Assembly: GCA_965205485.1 (NCBI GenBank)
Contig: OZ242180.1
Coordinates: forward strand, 1-64,000
DNA: 64,000 nucleotides
Reading direction: 5' to 3'
Origin: Candidatus Latescibacterota bacterium
GTDB lineage: Bacteria > Latescibacterota > UBA2968 > GCA-2709665
Position 1 is the first letter of the stretch; each line of letters begins with the position of its first letter. Both the position numbers and the translations under genes were made by a program. The notes under the pieces were generated by a model. That model was given only the letters and a program-made list of their open reading frames with translations. It was not told the origin of the DNA and made no database searches. This document shows positions 51,806 through 61,734 of the stretch, piece after piece.

Positions 51806-52747
51806 TCAATTACCCAACGGCTCCCACACCGCGCCGAAGATCTCTCTCAGTCGCGCCATATCGTCGTCAGGAAGCGGCGGACCGAGAATGGCCTTTACGT
51901 TCGCCTCCAGGTGATCGATGTTCGCCGTGCCCGTCAGGACCGTGCCCATCGCCGCATGTGACGCCACGTATTTGTACGCGGCCGCGGGCAACGAATCCAC
52001 ATGTCCCTTGACCAGCCAGCCCAGCGGATCGACGTCCGGCAGGGTATCCCGTCCAATCAGGCCCTTTTCCTTCGCATAGGCGATGCGCTCGGCCAGCACG
52101 TCCGGCCTGCTCAGCGCCCGGCGCACCGCCACCATGCAGATCACACCTACATTTTTTTCGTGGCACATTGGCAGGACGCGATGCTCCGCGGTTGGGCTGA
52201 TCATATTGTATCCTACCATTGCCGTGTCGAAATGGTCGTCCGCGAGCGCCATTGGAAACATCTCGTGCCGGAAATCCTGGGAATATGTCTCGGATACACC
52301 CAGAAAGCGGAACTTGCCCTGTTCCTGAAGCCGCACCATTACCGGCAGAAAGATCTCGATCGTGCGTGCATAGTCGTCCGGTTTCACGCCGTGGAACTGC
52401 ATAATGTCGATAACGTCCACCCGCAGCCGATCCAGGCTTCGTTCCACCGTGGCGACCACGTCTCCAGGGGTGTCGGTCCAATCGTCGCGCGCCACCTGAA
52501 CCTTTGTGGCCAGAACGTAGTCCTCCCTCGGCACGCCCGCGAGCGCCCTGCCGAGAATGGCTTCGCTCTCCCCGTAACCCGCGGCGGTATCGAAAAAATT
52601 CACGCCCAGCACCAGCGCCCTGCGCACCATCCGGCTGACGTCGCTCTCTGACACGCCGGAATTCTGTCCGAACTGGCTCGGACCGCCCGTACCGATACCC
52701 AGGACGGAAACACGAAGGCCTGTTCGCCCGAGCGTGCGGTATTCCAT
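51806..52747 (-). CDS. aldo/keto reductase
   Basis: LGRTGL, FDTAAGYG, ATK, VLTGT. Confidence 0.9.
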   Translation of the reverse strand: MEYRTLGRTGLRVSVLGIGTGGPSQFGQNSGVSESDVSRMVRRALVLGVNFFDTAAGYGESEAILGRALAGVPREDYVLATKVQVARDDWTDTPGDVVATVERSLDRLRVDVIDIMQFHGVKPDDYARTIEIFLPVMVRLQEQGKFRFLGVSETYSQDFRHEMFPMALADDHFDTAMVGYNMISPTAEHRVLPMCHEKNVGVICMVAVRRALSRPDVLAERIAYAKEKGLIGRDTLPDVDPLGWLVKGHVDSLPAAAYKYVASHAAMGTVLTGTANIDHLEANVKAILGPPLPDDDMARLREIFGAVWEPLGN

Positions 52748-53148
52748 ACAGGTTTCTCCTGAAATCTTCACCTTATGTGGCTATTGTTGGGCTCTGCCGG
52801 GTTGACTTCGAAAAGGCATTGGCCACAAAAGGCACAAAAACACAAAAGGTCACATCCGTCCGGAATCGTCTCTTCCCATTCATCCCGGAAGGCAGTGACT
52901 ATTTATCAAATATGGCGCCAACCGTCAAGGGGTTCGGCAAGCGGCGACTGACCGGCGTCCAGCCCGACAACCTCGTTCCGAAGCGCCCCGGCCATGCCGT
53001 CCCGGCGGTCGAAATTACGCTTGCGAATTCACCTCGCTTTCGAAATACTGTTGGGCCGATCATCGACGCCCGCGGATGCGCCGGCGCCCGCTTCCTTCAA
53101 CGGCAGGAAGCGTCCGCGCCGGGCGAAAACGAATTCCAAGGAGCCCAT

Positions 53149-56100
53149 GTGAATCTCTACACACAGGAACGGATCCGGCTGGCCCGGCAGCGCGCGGCGG
53201 ATGACCCCGATGCGGGAAAAGTCGCCGGGCGTATCCTTGCCCAGGCGGACCCGTGGCTGGACCGAGATCGGGACGACATCCGCGCGCTGATGCCCGGTCC
53301 TGAAGTGCCGCGCAGCTGGACCATCAACTTCGTGAGCGGTTGTCCGGTCCACGGCAGCGGTCCGAATGGGTACGGCGGGTATGCGCAGGGCGGATGGATA
53401 CACGATCCCTTCAAGGACCAGTGGCGCGTCACCTGCGCCATAGGTGGGGAATCCTATCCCAGCAATGACTTTGGGGCATTCTACCGGAGCGGAATGGAGG
53501 ACCGCAGCCTGCTGACCGGCCCTTACGCCGACGATGGATGGGGCTGGCAGGGCGACGATACACCGTTTCGCCACTGGTTCATCGCCTATTGTTGTTGCAG
53601 TACGTGGAATACGGTTGTTGCCGGCCTTACCTCCCTCTCTCAGGCCTATCTCCTCAGCGGGGACGGCAGATATGCACACAAAGCGCTCGTCATTCTGGAC
53701 CGGCTGGCCGAAGTCTATCCGCACATGGACTACAGCAGACAATCCATGTACGCCCTGGAATTCTCTCCCGGTTATACCGGTAAGATGAACGATCTCATCT
53801 CCGAATCCGGAACCGTACGTCGGCTTTGCCACGCGCTGGATGCCGTTCGCGACGCCATCCCCGGCGACCCTGTCTTCGGCTCAGACGCCGACGAGTTCGG
53901 GCGGAAGATCGAGGCGGGCATCATCGGAGCCAGCCTCGACGGAATCTACCGCGGCCATGTCCGGAGCAACTACGGCGGGCACCAGGAAGCCCTGCTGATC
54001 GCAGCACTCGCCTCTGGAGACCGGAACGAAATCGACAAAGCAGTAGAATGGACGTTGAATAACACGGGGGAAGCAACGGAACTGAAGGAGATGCTCACCC
54101 ACTTCGACGGGTACATCTTTCGGGACAAGGCCGCCCATGCGGAAGGGATCAACTTCGCCCTTGACAACCTGATCTTCAGGGAAGGCATGGGGTGGGAGAG
54201 TTCCCCCAGCTACAACAGCAGCTGGGTCACGCACCTCACGGTCATCGCACGACTTCTGGAAGAACAGGGCGTACGGATCTGGGACAGGCCGAAGTTCCTG
54301 CGCATGTATCGCTGGGCAGAGGAAATGACGTGCCTGGACGATTTCACCCCGTGCATCGGCGACGCCGGGACGACAACCGGAGGATACGTATCCCTCGGCG
54401 CGGAGACCCTGCGGGTTGCTTACAGGGCGACGGGAGACGCCTTCGTCGGCGAGCTTCTTCGGCGACAGACGAACGGTTTCAACAGCTTCGAGTCGCTGAT
54501 GGAGGAACCGATTGAACCGCCGCCGCACGCGGGCGCCGCCGCCGAACTGAAGGAGATGGCCACCGAGAGCCGGTTGATGGGTGGCTTCGGCCTGGCCCTG
54601 CTGAGGTCGGGACGAGGCCGCGAACGTGCCGCTCTGGCGCTCTATTATGGACGGGCGGCCACCGAGCACGCGCATTTCGACAGCCTCAACATCGAACTTT
54701 TCGCGTACGGCCGAAAACTCATCCCCGACCTCGGGTACGGCGAACACGCCGCGGAGGGAGACCGTCCCGCGGTATGGACGAAGAACACGCTGGCGCACGC
54801 CACGGTCGTCGTGGACGGCCGGCGGCAGGATTCACAGGGTCCCGGCAGGCTGGAGCAATTCGTCAGGGCGCAAGGCCTGACCTGGGTGCAGGTGGATGCT
54901 CCGGAAACCTATCGCCATACTTCCGAATACCGGCGGACGCTTGCGCTGGTCGAAATCGCAAAGGACGCCCGCTACGTCCTCGACTGCTTCCGCGTGGCGG
55001 GTGGAACGCAGCACGACTACAGCCTGCACGGATTCGACGGTGAGTTTTCCGCAAATGAAATCGCGCTCAACCCGCCACAGAAGCAGGGAACCCTTGCAGG
55101 CCGGGACGTGCCATTCGGCGCCATCTACGACGACGACGGTCTCACCGACCCGTTGAGGAAGGGACGCTCGTACTACACGTACCGTGGGGGCGGCTATTCC
55201 TATCTGTACGATGAGCGGCGCGGGAATCCGACCGCGGTGTGGTCCTCATCCTGGCGCGACGTGAAAACCCGCATCGGCCTGAATACCATCTTCCTTCCCT
55301 CGGACGAGGTCTTCGTTGCCCACGGAGACCCCCCCAGAAAGCCAGGCAACCCGAAGCAGCTGACTTACGTGCTGCTCCGGAACGTCTCTGTAGGCGCGGC
55401 CAGCCGGTTCGTGGCCGTACACGAACCCTTTAAGGGCACGCGAAAAGTCCACGCAGTAGAGCAACTGGATGTCGACGGCGAGACCCTCGCGCTACGGGTC
55501 GGCCATCAAACCGGCGAAGATACGATCCGCCACGCCGTCGGGCCGTGCGGCAGCAGCTTCGGTATGGCGCGACACGATGCTGTGGGGAAGCTGGTCTCCC
55601 TGCACCAGTCCGGCCAGGGGAGCATCAGCGCCAACGGCCATACCCTGTCCGTTCCAGGACCTCTTCGCGGGCGTATCGCGGAAGTCGATCCGTCGTCATC
55701 CGCCATAACCGTTGAACGCGACCGTGACAGCATGCCCTTCCGCAGGGCGGCTCTCAAGGGTGACGTCGCCCGCATCGGAAACGCCCGCCGTTGGGCGGCG
55801 TACAACATCACTTCCGTGGAAGGCAGAGGCAGGCGCTATCGCATCCGGTTCGGCGCCGACAGTTTCCGGGTCGGCCGCTTCGTCGTTACTGGCGTAAGCC
55901 CGGATGGAACCGGCCTTTCGACGAAGACCAACCTGTACATGGCGGCGCAGGGCTACTACCGGGGCGCCTGGCTCACGGACCGGGACCACGCGCGGTGGCT
56001 TCCCGTTGACGACGTGGACCTCGCTCCGCACCGGCCGGGCGTCCGCAGGGATGCGGGCATCCGGCTGCTTGGCAGGCACGACCTCTCCGCCGGGTTCAGG

Positions 56101-56232
56101 ATTGGCGATATCGCCTATCTCTACGACGTCGGGCCGGGAGACACGGTGGAGGTCACGCCGTCAGCAACGGCTCTCCGGCAACAGGACGGGGGATTCCGGA
56201 TCCAGGCGAATTGCAGGGCGATTCTGGACTGA
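53149..56232 (+). CDS. heparinase II/III-like protein
   Basis: ESSPSY, HAHFDSLNIELF..LIPDLGY, HATVVVDG, DCFRVAGG.HDY; GTG start after AAGGAG. Confidence 0.8.
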   Translation: MNLYTQERIRLARQRAADDPDAGKVAGRILAQADPWLDRDRDDIRALMPGPEVPRSWTINFVSGCPVHGSGPNGYGGYAQGGWIHDPFKDQWRVTCAIGGESYPSNDFGAFYRSGMEDRSLLTGPYADDGWGWQGDDTPFRHWFIAYCCCSTWNTVVAGLTSLSQAYLLSGDGRYAHKALVILDRLAEVYPHMDYSRQSMYALEFSPGYTGKMNDLISESGTVRRLCHALDAVRDAIPGDPVFGSDADEFGRKIEAGIIGASLDGIYRGHVRSNYGGHQEALLIAALASGDRNEIDKAVEWTLNNTGEATELKEMLTHFDGYIFRDKAAHAEGINFALDNLIFREGMGWESSPSYNSSWVTHLTVIARLLEEQGVRIWDRPKFLRMYRWAEEMTCLDDFTPCIGDAGTTTGGYVSLGAETLRVAYRATGDAFVGELLRRQTNGFNSFESLMEEPIEPPPHAGAAAELKEMATESRLMGGFGLALLRSGRGRERAALALYYGRAATEHAHFDSLNIELFAYGRKLIPDLGYGEHAAEGDRPAVWTKNTLAHATVVVDGRRQDSQGPGRLEQFVRAQGLTWVQVDAPETYRHTSEYRRTLALVEIAKDARYVLDCFRVAGGTQHDYSLHGFDGEFSANEIALNPPQKQGTLAGRDVPFGAIYDDDGLTDPLRKGRSYYTYRGGGYSYLYDERRGNPTAVWSSSWRDVKTRIGLNTIFLPSDEVFVAHGDPPRKPGNPKQLTYVLLRNVSVGAASRFVAVHEPFKGTRKVHAVEQLDVDGETLALRVGHQTGEDTIRHAVGPCGSSFGMARHDAVGKLVSLHQSGQGSISANGHTLSVPGPLRGRIAEVDPSSSAITVERDRDSMPFRRAALKGDVARIGNARRWAAYNITSVEGRGRRYRIRFGADSFRVGRFVVTGVSPDGTGLSTKTNLYMAAQGYYRGAWLTDRDHARWLPVDDVDLAPHRPGVRRDAGIRLLGRHDLSAGFRIGDIAYLYDVGPGDTVEVTPSATALRQQDGGFRIQANCRAILD

Positions 56233-56310
56233 ATACCCGACTCCGTGGAACAAAGAAAAGGCGACCCGGTTCAGCTGGTCGCCCTCTTCGTTTGCGGGTT
56301 CGAATATCCG

Positions 56311-57129
56311 CTACCCTGATCCGCGTAGCGCCGTGAAAAAACGCACGTCGGACCGGGCCAGGTCAATCACCGTGTCCACCGGTTCCCCGCTGTATTCGCT
56401 GTGAAAACTCAGGGGTCCGTCGAAGTTGACTGCGCCGAACGCGCGCAGAAGAGCCGGCCAGTCTCCGTATCCCTCGCCAAGCCTGACGACGCGTGTGCGC
56501 CAGTTTGTCCTGCCGTTCTGTACCAGCGGCTGGCGGATCAGGTCCTTCAGCGCCACCACCGACAGGTGCGACCGGACGATGTTCAGCGCCAGTTCAATCG
56601 GCTCCCCGCAGATGGAGAGGTGTCCCGGATCGGCGAACACGCCGATGTGCCGGGGATCGAAGCCTTTGACCACGTTCATGGCCGCGCAGGAGTTGAGTCC
56701 CATCGAAAGCCCGGAGTGGTTGTGCACCACGGTCTGGACCCCGTGTTTCTCCGACAGGCTCTGGAATCCCTCCAGGTGCCCACGGACCGAATCCAGTTCC
56801 TCCCAGTAGTCCATCCCCGCCGCCCAGTGCCAATATCCCAGTTTGATATGACCCACGCCGGCTTCACCGCAGGCCGCGTACAGACGGTCCGCGTAGTCGA
56901 TGTCCGGTCTGACGAAGTCACCCGGTGTGGTGACCAGGGGTATGGACAGCCCTTCATCGGCGAACAGCCTGGCCGCGTCCGGCAGGGCCTTTTCGACGTT
57001 CTCCGGATGTACCGGATAGCCCGGACGCACACAGAGGTCGGCGCCTTCCACGCCAACCGATTTCAACGCGGCAATAATACCGGGCACGTCCAGGCCTTCC
57101 AGATGTTTCGTGAACATGATGTATTTCAT
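56311..57129 (-). CDS. sugar phosphate isomerase/epimerase (xylose isomerase-like TIM barrel)
   Basis: DLCVRPG, HNH, DPGH, LKD, HSEY. Confidence 0.85.
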   Translation of the reverse strand: MKYIMFTKHLEGLDVPGIIAALKSVGVEGADLCVRPGYPVHPENVEKALPDAARLFADEGLSIPLVTTPGDFVRPDIDYADRLYAACGEAGVGHIKLGYWHWAAGMDYWEELDSVRGHLEGFQSLSEKHGVQTVVHNHSGLSMGLNSCAAMNVVKGFDPRHIGVFADPGHLSICGEPIELALNIVRSHLSVVALKDLIRQPLVQNGRTNWRTRVVRLGEGYGDWPALLRAFGAVNFDGPLSFHSEYSGEPVDTVIDLARSDVRFFTALRGSG

Positions 57130-57146
57130 TTCGTCTCTCCATCAGT

Positions 57147-58157
57147 TTAGATCTGCGACTGGTAAATCAGATCCACCAGCTCCATCGTCTTCACCGCATC
57201 CTCGAAACAGGTCTCCGGCTGTTTCCCGTCTCTGATACAGTCCATAAAGTGGCCGTTGATGTCGTACGCGCCGTAGGCGCGCCACGTGTCGTCCCCGCCG
57301 CCAAGGCGGAAGGGATCGAGCACTTCCACGGGTTCGTCCTTGTTGTCCGCGAATACCCGCCCGCCTTCTTCCGGATCCCCGAACACCGAAATGCCGGGTG
57401 AGTGGATTTCAACGGAGAAGATGCGTCGCCCCGTCATCCAGTTCGTGAGCAGCACGCCGGTCGCCCCCGAGCTGAACTTCACCAGCGCAAGGTATATGTT
57501 GGTATGTGTTGCGCCTTCCCGCCGGACGTCGCTGGCAACGGACGCCACCTCGCCGCCGCACAGATAGCGCAGCGTGTCCACAGCGTGAATGGCGTCGGAC
57601 GTGAGGATGTCGATCGCTCCCCTGTAATACGGCGCGCCGCCCACGGCATTCTTGTAGAACGTGGCCACGGCGCTGTGGACGGCCCCTCTTTTTTCGCAGA
57701 GTTCCTTCCCGTACCGGATGACCGGCGCGAACCGTCTCTGGAACGTCACGCCGGTGAGCACCTCATGCTTCTGCGCAATCAGCGCCATCTGACGGGTCTG
57801 CTCGGTTGTCATCGCGGGGGGTTTCTCAATAAACAGATGGCAGCCCGCCTCCATCACCGTTGCCGCGATATCGTACAGGTGATGGGGCGGCATGATGGCG
57901 TAAACGGCATCCGGCTTTTCCTTCTCGATCATCCGCCTGTAGTCCGAATACTGCCCCGGAATGCCGAACCGTTCGGCCGCATCGGCCATCCTCTGTTCGC
58001 TCAGCTCCGATACGGCCACCATCTCGACGCCGTTCAAGGCCTTGAGCGAGGGGTAATGCGCGCTGGTTGCGCGACCTCCGGCGCCAATCATGGCCACGCG
58101 AATGGTTTTCTTCTCGCGGGGCTCTCTTGTCGTTGCCTCTTCCCGTCGCTTTGCCAT
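57147..58157 (-). CDS. Gfo/Idh/MocA oxidoreductase
   Basis: IGAGG, IEKPP, QRRFAP, DAIH. Confidence 0.92.
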   Translation of the reverse strand: MAKRREEATTREPREKKTIRVAMIGAGGRATSAHYPSLKALNGVEMVAVSELSEQRMADAAERFGIPGQYSDYRRMIEKEKPDAVYAIMPPHHLYDIAATVMEAGCHLFIEKPPAMTTEQTRQMALIAQKHEVLTGVTFQRRFAPVIRYGKELCEKRGAVHSAVATFYKNAVGGAPYYRGAIDILTSDAIHAVDTLRYLCGGEVASVASDVRREGATHTNIYLALVKFSSGATGVLLTNWMTGRRIFSVEIHSPGISVFGDPEEGGRVFADNKDEPVEVLDPFRLGGGDDTWRAYGAYDINGHFMDCIRDGKQPETCFEDAVKTMELVDLIYQSQI

Positions 58158-58200
58158 TCTCCCCTCCAGTGAAGCCCATCAGTGTCCGGGCGCGGATCGG

Positions 58201-59154
58201 TCAACGATAGACCGCCTGGATCAACGCCCGCATATACCCGACGGCAAACGCGCGCCCCGCCCAGAACGTGGAATCCGTGTTCGGGAAACCGGGCGTATGG
58301 TCCATCATGAACGGCCCTTCGAAACCCACTTCCTTGTAGGTCTGCATCGCCTCGTACATGTCCTGGTCTCCCTCGTCCACGAAAACCTCCTGGAAACTCC
58401 TGGGACCGCCCCGGATATTCCGGAAGTGCACGTAGACGATCTTGTCGCGGCCCCCGATATCCCGGATGGCATCGCACACGTTCACGCCCATCTCCGCGAC
58501 GCAGCCCTGGCAGAACAACATGGCGTTGCTGCGGCTGGGGACCATATCGAAGATGTGATGATACTGTTCGAGGGTGGACACGATCCTGGCGGCGCCGGCC
58601 AGCGGTTCGGGAATCGGGGGATCGTCGGGATGCAATGCCATTCGAACGTTGTTCTCTTCGGCCACCGGGATGACGCGTTCCAGGAAGTATTGAATATTCT
58701 CCAGGATCTTCTCCTCGGAAATGGCCTTGTCGGGATAGTACGGCGGGTCCTCCATCATCTTCTCGTAATCGAACGTACTGTATCTGGCGCCCCCTCTGCC
58801 CGGGGGTACGGATTCGGTACGGAAATTCCCCGCCGGCTTGAAATTGTACCCCAGCGTGGGAACGCCGACCTCGCCCATGCTCCGCAGAAGCTGGCACCAT
58901 GCGTCGATCTTTTCGTCGCGGTCGTCCAGCGCGAGCGATATTTCGTCCCAACCGGTTGCCGCCAGGTTCGTCAACTTCAACCCGTGGGTTTCGGCCAATC
59001 TCTTCACGTCCCGCCAGAGTTCGGTGCGATCCGTGCCCTCACGCACATCGTGAGGGATGGCGTTCACCGTCAGATAGTCCACGCCGATCGCCTTGAAAAA
59101 ACTCAGCGTATCGTCGTTGATCTGGTCCCACGGAAGCTGTTCCTGTATATACAT
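58201..59154 (-). CDS. mannonate dehydratase-like (UxuA family), paralog 2
   Basis: YNF, ALHPDDPP, FCQG, VHFRN, MDH. Confidence 0.88.
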   Translation of the reverse strand: MYIQEQLPWDQINDDTLSFFKAIGVDYLTVNAIPHDVREGTDRTELWRDVKRLAETHGLKLTNLAATGWDEISLALDDRDEKIDAWCQLLRSMGEVGVPTLGYNFKPAGNFRTESVPPGRGGARYSTFDYEKMMEDPPYYPDKAISEEKILENIQYFLERVIPVAEENNVRMALHPDDPPIPEPLAGAARIVSTLEQYHHIFDMVPSRSNAMLFCQGCVAEMGVNVCDAIRDIGGRDKIVYVHFRNIRGGPRSFQEVFVDEGDQDMYEAMQTYKEVGFEGPFMMDHTPGFPNTDSTFWAGRAFAVGYMRALIQAVYR

Positions 59155-59190
59155 GTAATTGTCCTCCCGTCTAATGTCTTCCCGGTGATC

Positions 59191-59215
59191 GGGCGCCCAC
59201 AAGGGACGCCCCTAC
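59191..59215. repeat. REP family E, copy 3
   Basis: gggcgcccacaagggacgcccctac (GTAG on the minus strand). Confidence 0.75.
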
Positions 59216-59253
59216 AATACCAGACATTCACGAATTGTTACTGCCATGCCTAT

Positions 59254-60225
59254 CTACCCATAGACCGCCTGTATCAACGCGCGAATATACCCTACGGCAT
59301 ACGCGTGCCCGGCCCTGGATTTCTCGTCGCCGGGGATACCCGGCGTATGATCCATCATGAACGGCCCGTTGAACCCCACCTCCTTGTACACCTCCATCGC
59401 CCTGCGCATATTCACGTCGCCTTCATCCAGAAACACCTCCTGGAAGCTGGGCAGGGCCCCGCGCACGTTCCTGAAATGCACGAAAACGATCTTCTTGCGC
59501 AGTCCCATCTCGCGGATGGTCTCGTAGACGTCCACGCCCATTTCGGTCACGCAGCCCTGGCAGAACAGCATCGCATTGCCGTCGCCCGGCGCAGCCGCGA
59601 AGATTCGCCGGTATTGTTCCAGCGTGGACACGATCTGGGCAACGCCGCCGAGGGGTTCCGGGATGGGCGGATCGTCCGGGTGGAGCGCCATCCTCACGCC
59701 CGCCTCCGCCGCCACCGGCACAGCTACCTCCAGAAAATGCTTCATGTTCGCCCAGATCTCCGCCTCGCCTACCGGAGGATCGTGCGGATCTGGCCTGTTG
59801 TTTGAGAACGACTCGTAATCGAACGTGCTGTATACGGCCCCACCCCGGCCAGGCGGCGTCGAGGCCGTGCGGAAGTTGCCCATGGGTTTGAAGTTGTATC
59901 CCAGTGCGGGTATGCCCGCCTCGCCCAGGCAGCGCAACATGCGGCACCACGCCTCGAGCTTTTCGTCCCGGTCCGGAAGGCCGAATGCCAGTTCGTCCCA
60001 TCCCGCCATAAAGACGCTGAACAGCGCCATTCCGTGGGCTTCCACCTTCTTTCTGGCCGCTTCGAAGAACGGGCGGCTGTCCCGGCCGTCGCGCAGGTCT
60101 ATCGAGGGATCCAGCCTGTGCATCGCGCGAATGTCCAGGCAGATCATGTCCGCGCCGATCGCCCGCGAAAAGCGAAGCGTGTCATCGTTGAAGTCCGCCC
60201 AGGATACGTGGTCCTGAATCGTCAC
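59254..60225 (-). CDS. mannonate dehydratase-like (UxuA family), paralog 1
   Basis: YNF, ALHPDDPP, FCQG, VHFRN, MDH; GTG start overlaps the upstream stop codon. Confidence 0.88.
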   Translation of the reverse strand: MTIQDHVSWADFNDDTLRFSRAIGADMICLDIRAMHRLDPSIDLRDGRDSRPFFEAARKKVEAHGMALFSVFMAGWDELAFGLPDRDEKLEAWCRMLRCLGEAGIPALGYNFKPMGNFRTASTPPGRGGAVYSTFDYESFSNNRPDPHDPPVGEAEIWANMKHFLEVAVPVAAEAGVRMALHPDDPPIPEPLGGVAQIVSTLEQYRRIFAAAPGDGNAMLFCQGCVTEMGVDVYETIREMGLRKKIVFVHFRNVRGALPSFQEVFLDEGDVNMRRAMEVYKEVGFNGPFMMDHTPGIPGDEKSRAGHAYAVGYIRALIQAVYG

Positions 60226-61378
60226 GTCCTCGATCCTCCGGCCAGCAGCGGCGCGATGCCGAACATCCCGGGATCCGCCGCATCGGATTCGCCCATGCAC
60301 ATTTTCGCCACAATCTCTCCGATCGCCGACGAGAATTTAAACCCATGCCCGGAACACGGCGAAGCGACAATCACCTGCTCATATTCGGGATGGCAATCCA
60401 CAATCCATCCGGTATCCGGAAGATTGGTATACATGCACACGTCGCTCTCGACGACGGGCCCTGCCGCATCGGGAATGAACCGCTCTACGAGCGGACGAAT
60501 CTGAGCCTCGTCATCCGGAGACGCATTCCGGTCCATGGTGTCCGGGTTGACCCCGGCGCGCCCGCAATGCAAGGCCGCCTTGAAACCCCGTCCGAAGTCC
60601 GGCTGACAGTAGAACGAAACCCCGTTCTCGCAAACCCAGGTATTGTTCGGGCATCGGCCGGACGTGAACATTCCCGCGTTCCGCAGCGGCCGAAAGAAAA
60701 ACAGCGTCATCCGCTCGATTTCCACCGGAAGCGCCAGGTCCGCCACCAGCCGGGTGACCCAGGCGCCCGCACAGACGACGAGCCTGCCGGCCGAGATTTC
60801 GCCCGACCGCGTCTTCACCCGCACCGCGCTTCCTTCCGCGGTCCAGTCCAGCACCGGGCAGTCGAAGTTCAGCTTTGCCCCCGCGGATTGTGCCAGCTTC
60901 AGATGCGCATCGATGCACGCCTCGGGAAAAACGGCGCCCGCCCTGGGCTCGAAGATGCCCTCCCAGCCGTCTTCGACCCGGAACATGGGATATCGCCGCC
61001 GCACGTCATCCGCCGAGACCCGCTCCACGGGGATATCGAACGCTCGCGCGCTTTCCAGGACACCGTGTCGTTCGGCCCCGCCATGCGGCCGCATGGAGAG
61101 GTGGCCGTACGTCCTGACCAGTTCCGCGCCGCTCTCGTCTTCCAGCGTTTCCCACAGCGCGTATGCGCGTCTGATCAGTCCACGTATGCAGGCCCGCTGG
61201 CGTAGGCCTCGCGGATCACCCGCGCGTGTCCGTGCGAGGACCCGCGGTTGTGCGGCGGACGGTACCGGTCGAATCCCGCCACCCGCATACCGCGTTTTGC
61301 CAGATGATATACCGCAGCGCTGCCCATCGCGCCCAGTCCGGCCACAACAACGTCGAACGTCGCGACGCCCTTTTTCAT
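60222..61378 (-). pseudogene. solA: monomeric sarcosine oxidase / N-methyltryptophan oxidase-like gene split by a 1-nt frameshift near 61178
   Basis: N-terminus (GLGAMG, GSSHG..RVIR) lies in one frame and ends AYVD*; the rest (LIRRAYALW..CMYT..CSGHGFKF) lies in another frame. Confidence 0.8.
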
Positions 61379-61385
61379 AAGACGG

Positions 61386-61414
61386 ATCATATAGCCCGGT
61401 CCTGACAAAGTCAA
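61386..61414 (-). promoter_or_regulatory. sigma70 promoter of the solA-like operon (probably leaderless)
   Basis: TTGACT-17 nt-TATGAT, with the ATG 7 nt downstream. Confidence 0.65.
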
Positions 61415-61734
61415 GCCCGGATTGGGACGATCCCGGACAGGAATCCGACCCGCCGTGGCGCGCTGAACGCATCTCAATCGCGGAGCCGGTCCGAATGCGT
61501 GGGTTTGACGAGTTGAATAAAGTGTCGAATGAATGAATAAGCCGTGGATGGCGTGTGAACGTGGGTTTCGCCGGCGTACTGAACCCACGAAAAATTCCGC
61601 GAACAGAAGAATCCCTTATATTTCTACTGATAGCGCCGAATTCACGTAATTCTCTATTTCACGTGTGCTGAACATCCGAATAATGCTCCTGGTGCGATAG
61701 ATGCAAAAGACTGTCGCACAATGCGTCACCTTAT

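Noticed and set aside
52820..52850. Short tandem cacaaaagg-type repeats (similar at ~33430)
   Set aside because: Only two or three low-complexity units with no associated gene; too weak to call
58090..59805. 571-aa plus-strand ORF with internal repeat
   Set aside because: Shadow of the two UxuA-like paralogues; the repeat reflects their duplication
61175..61177. TGA in solA as selenocysteine or readthrough
   Set aside because: The downstream homology is in a different frame, so this is a frameshift
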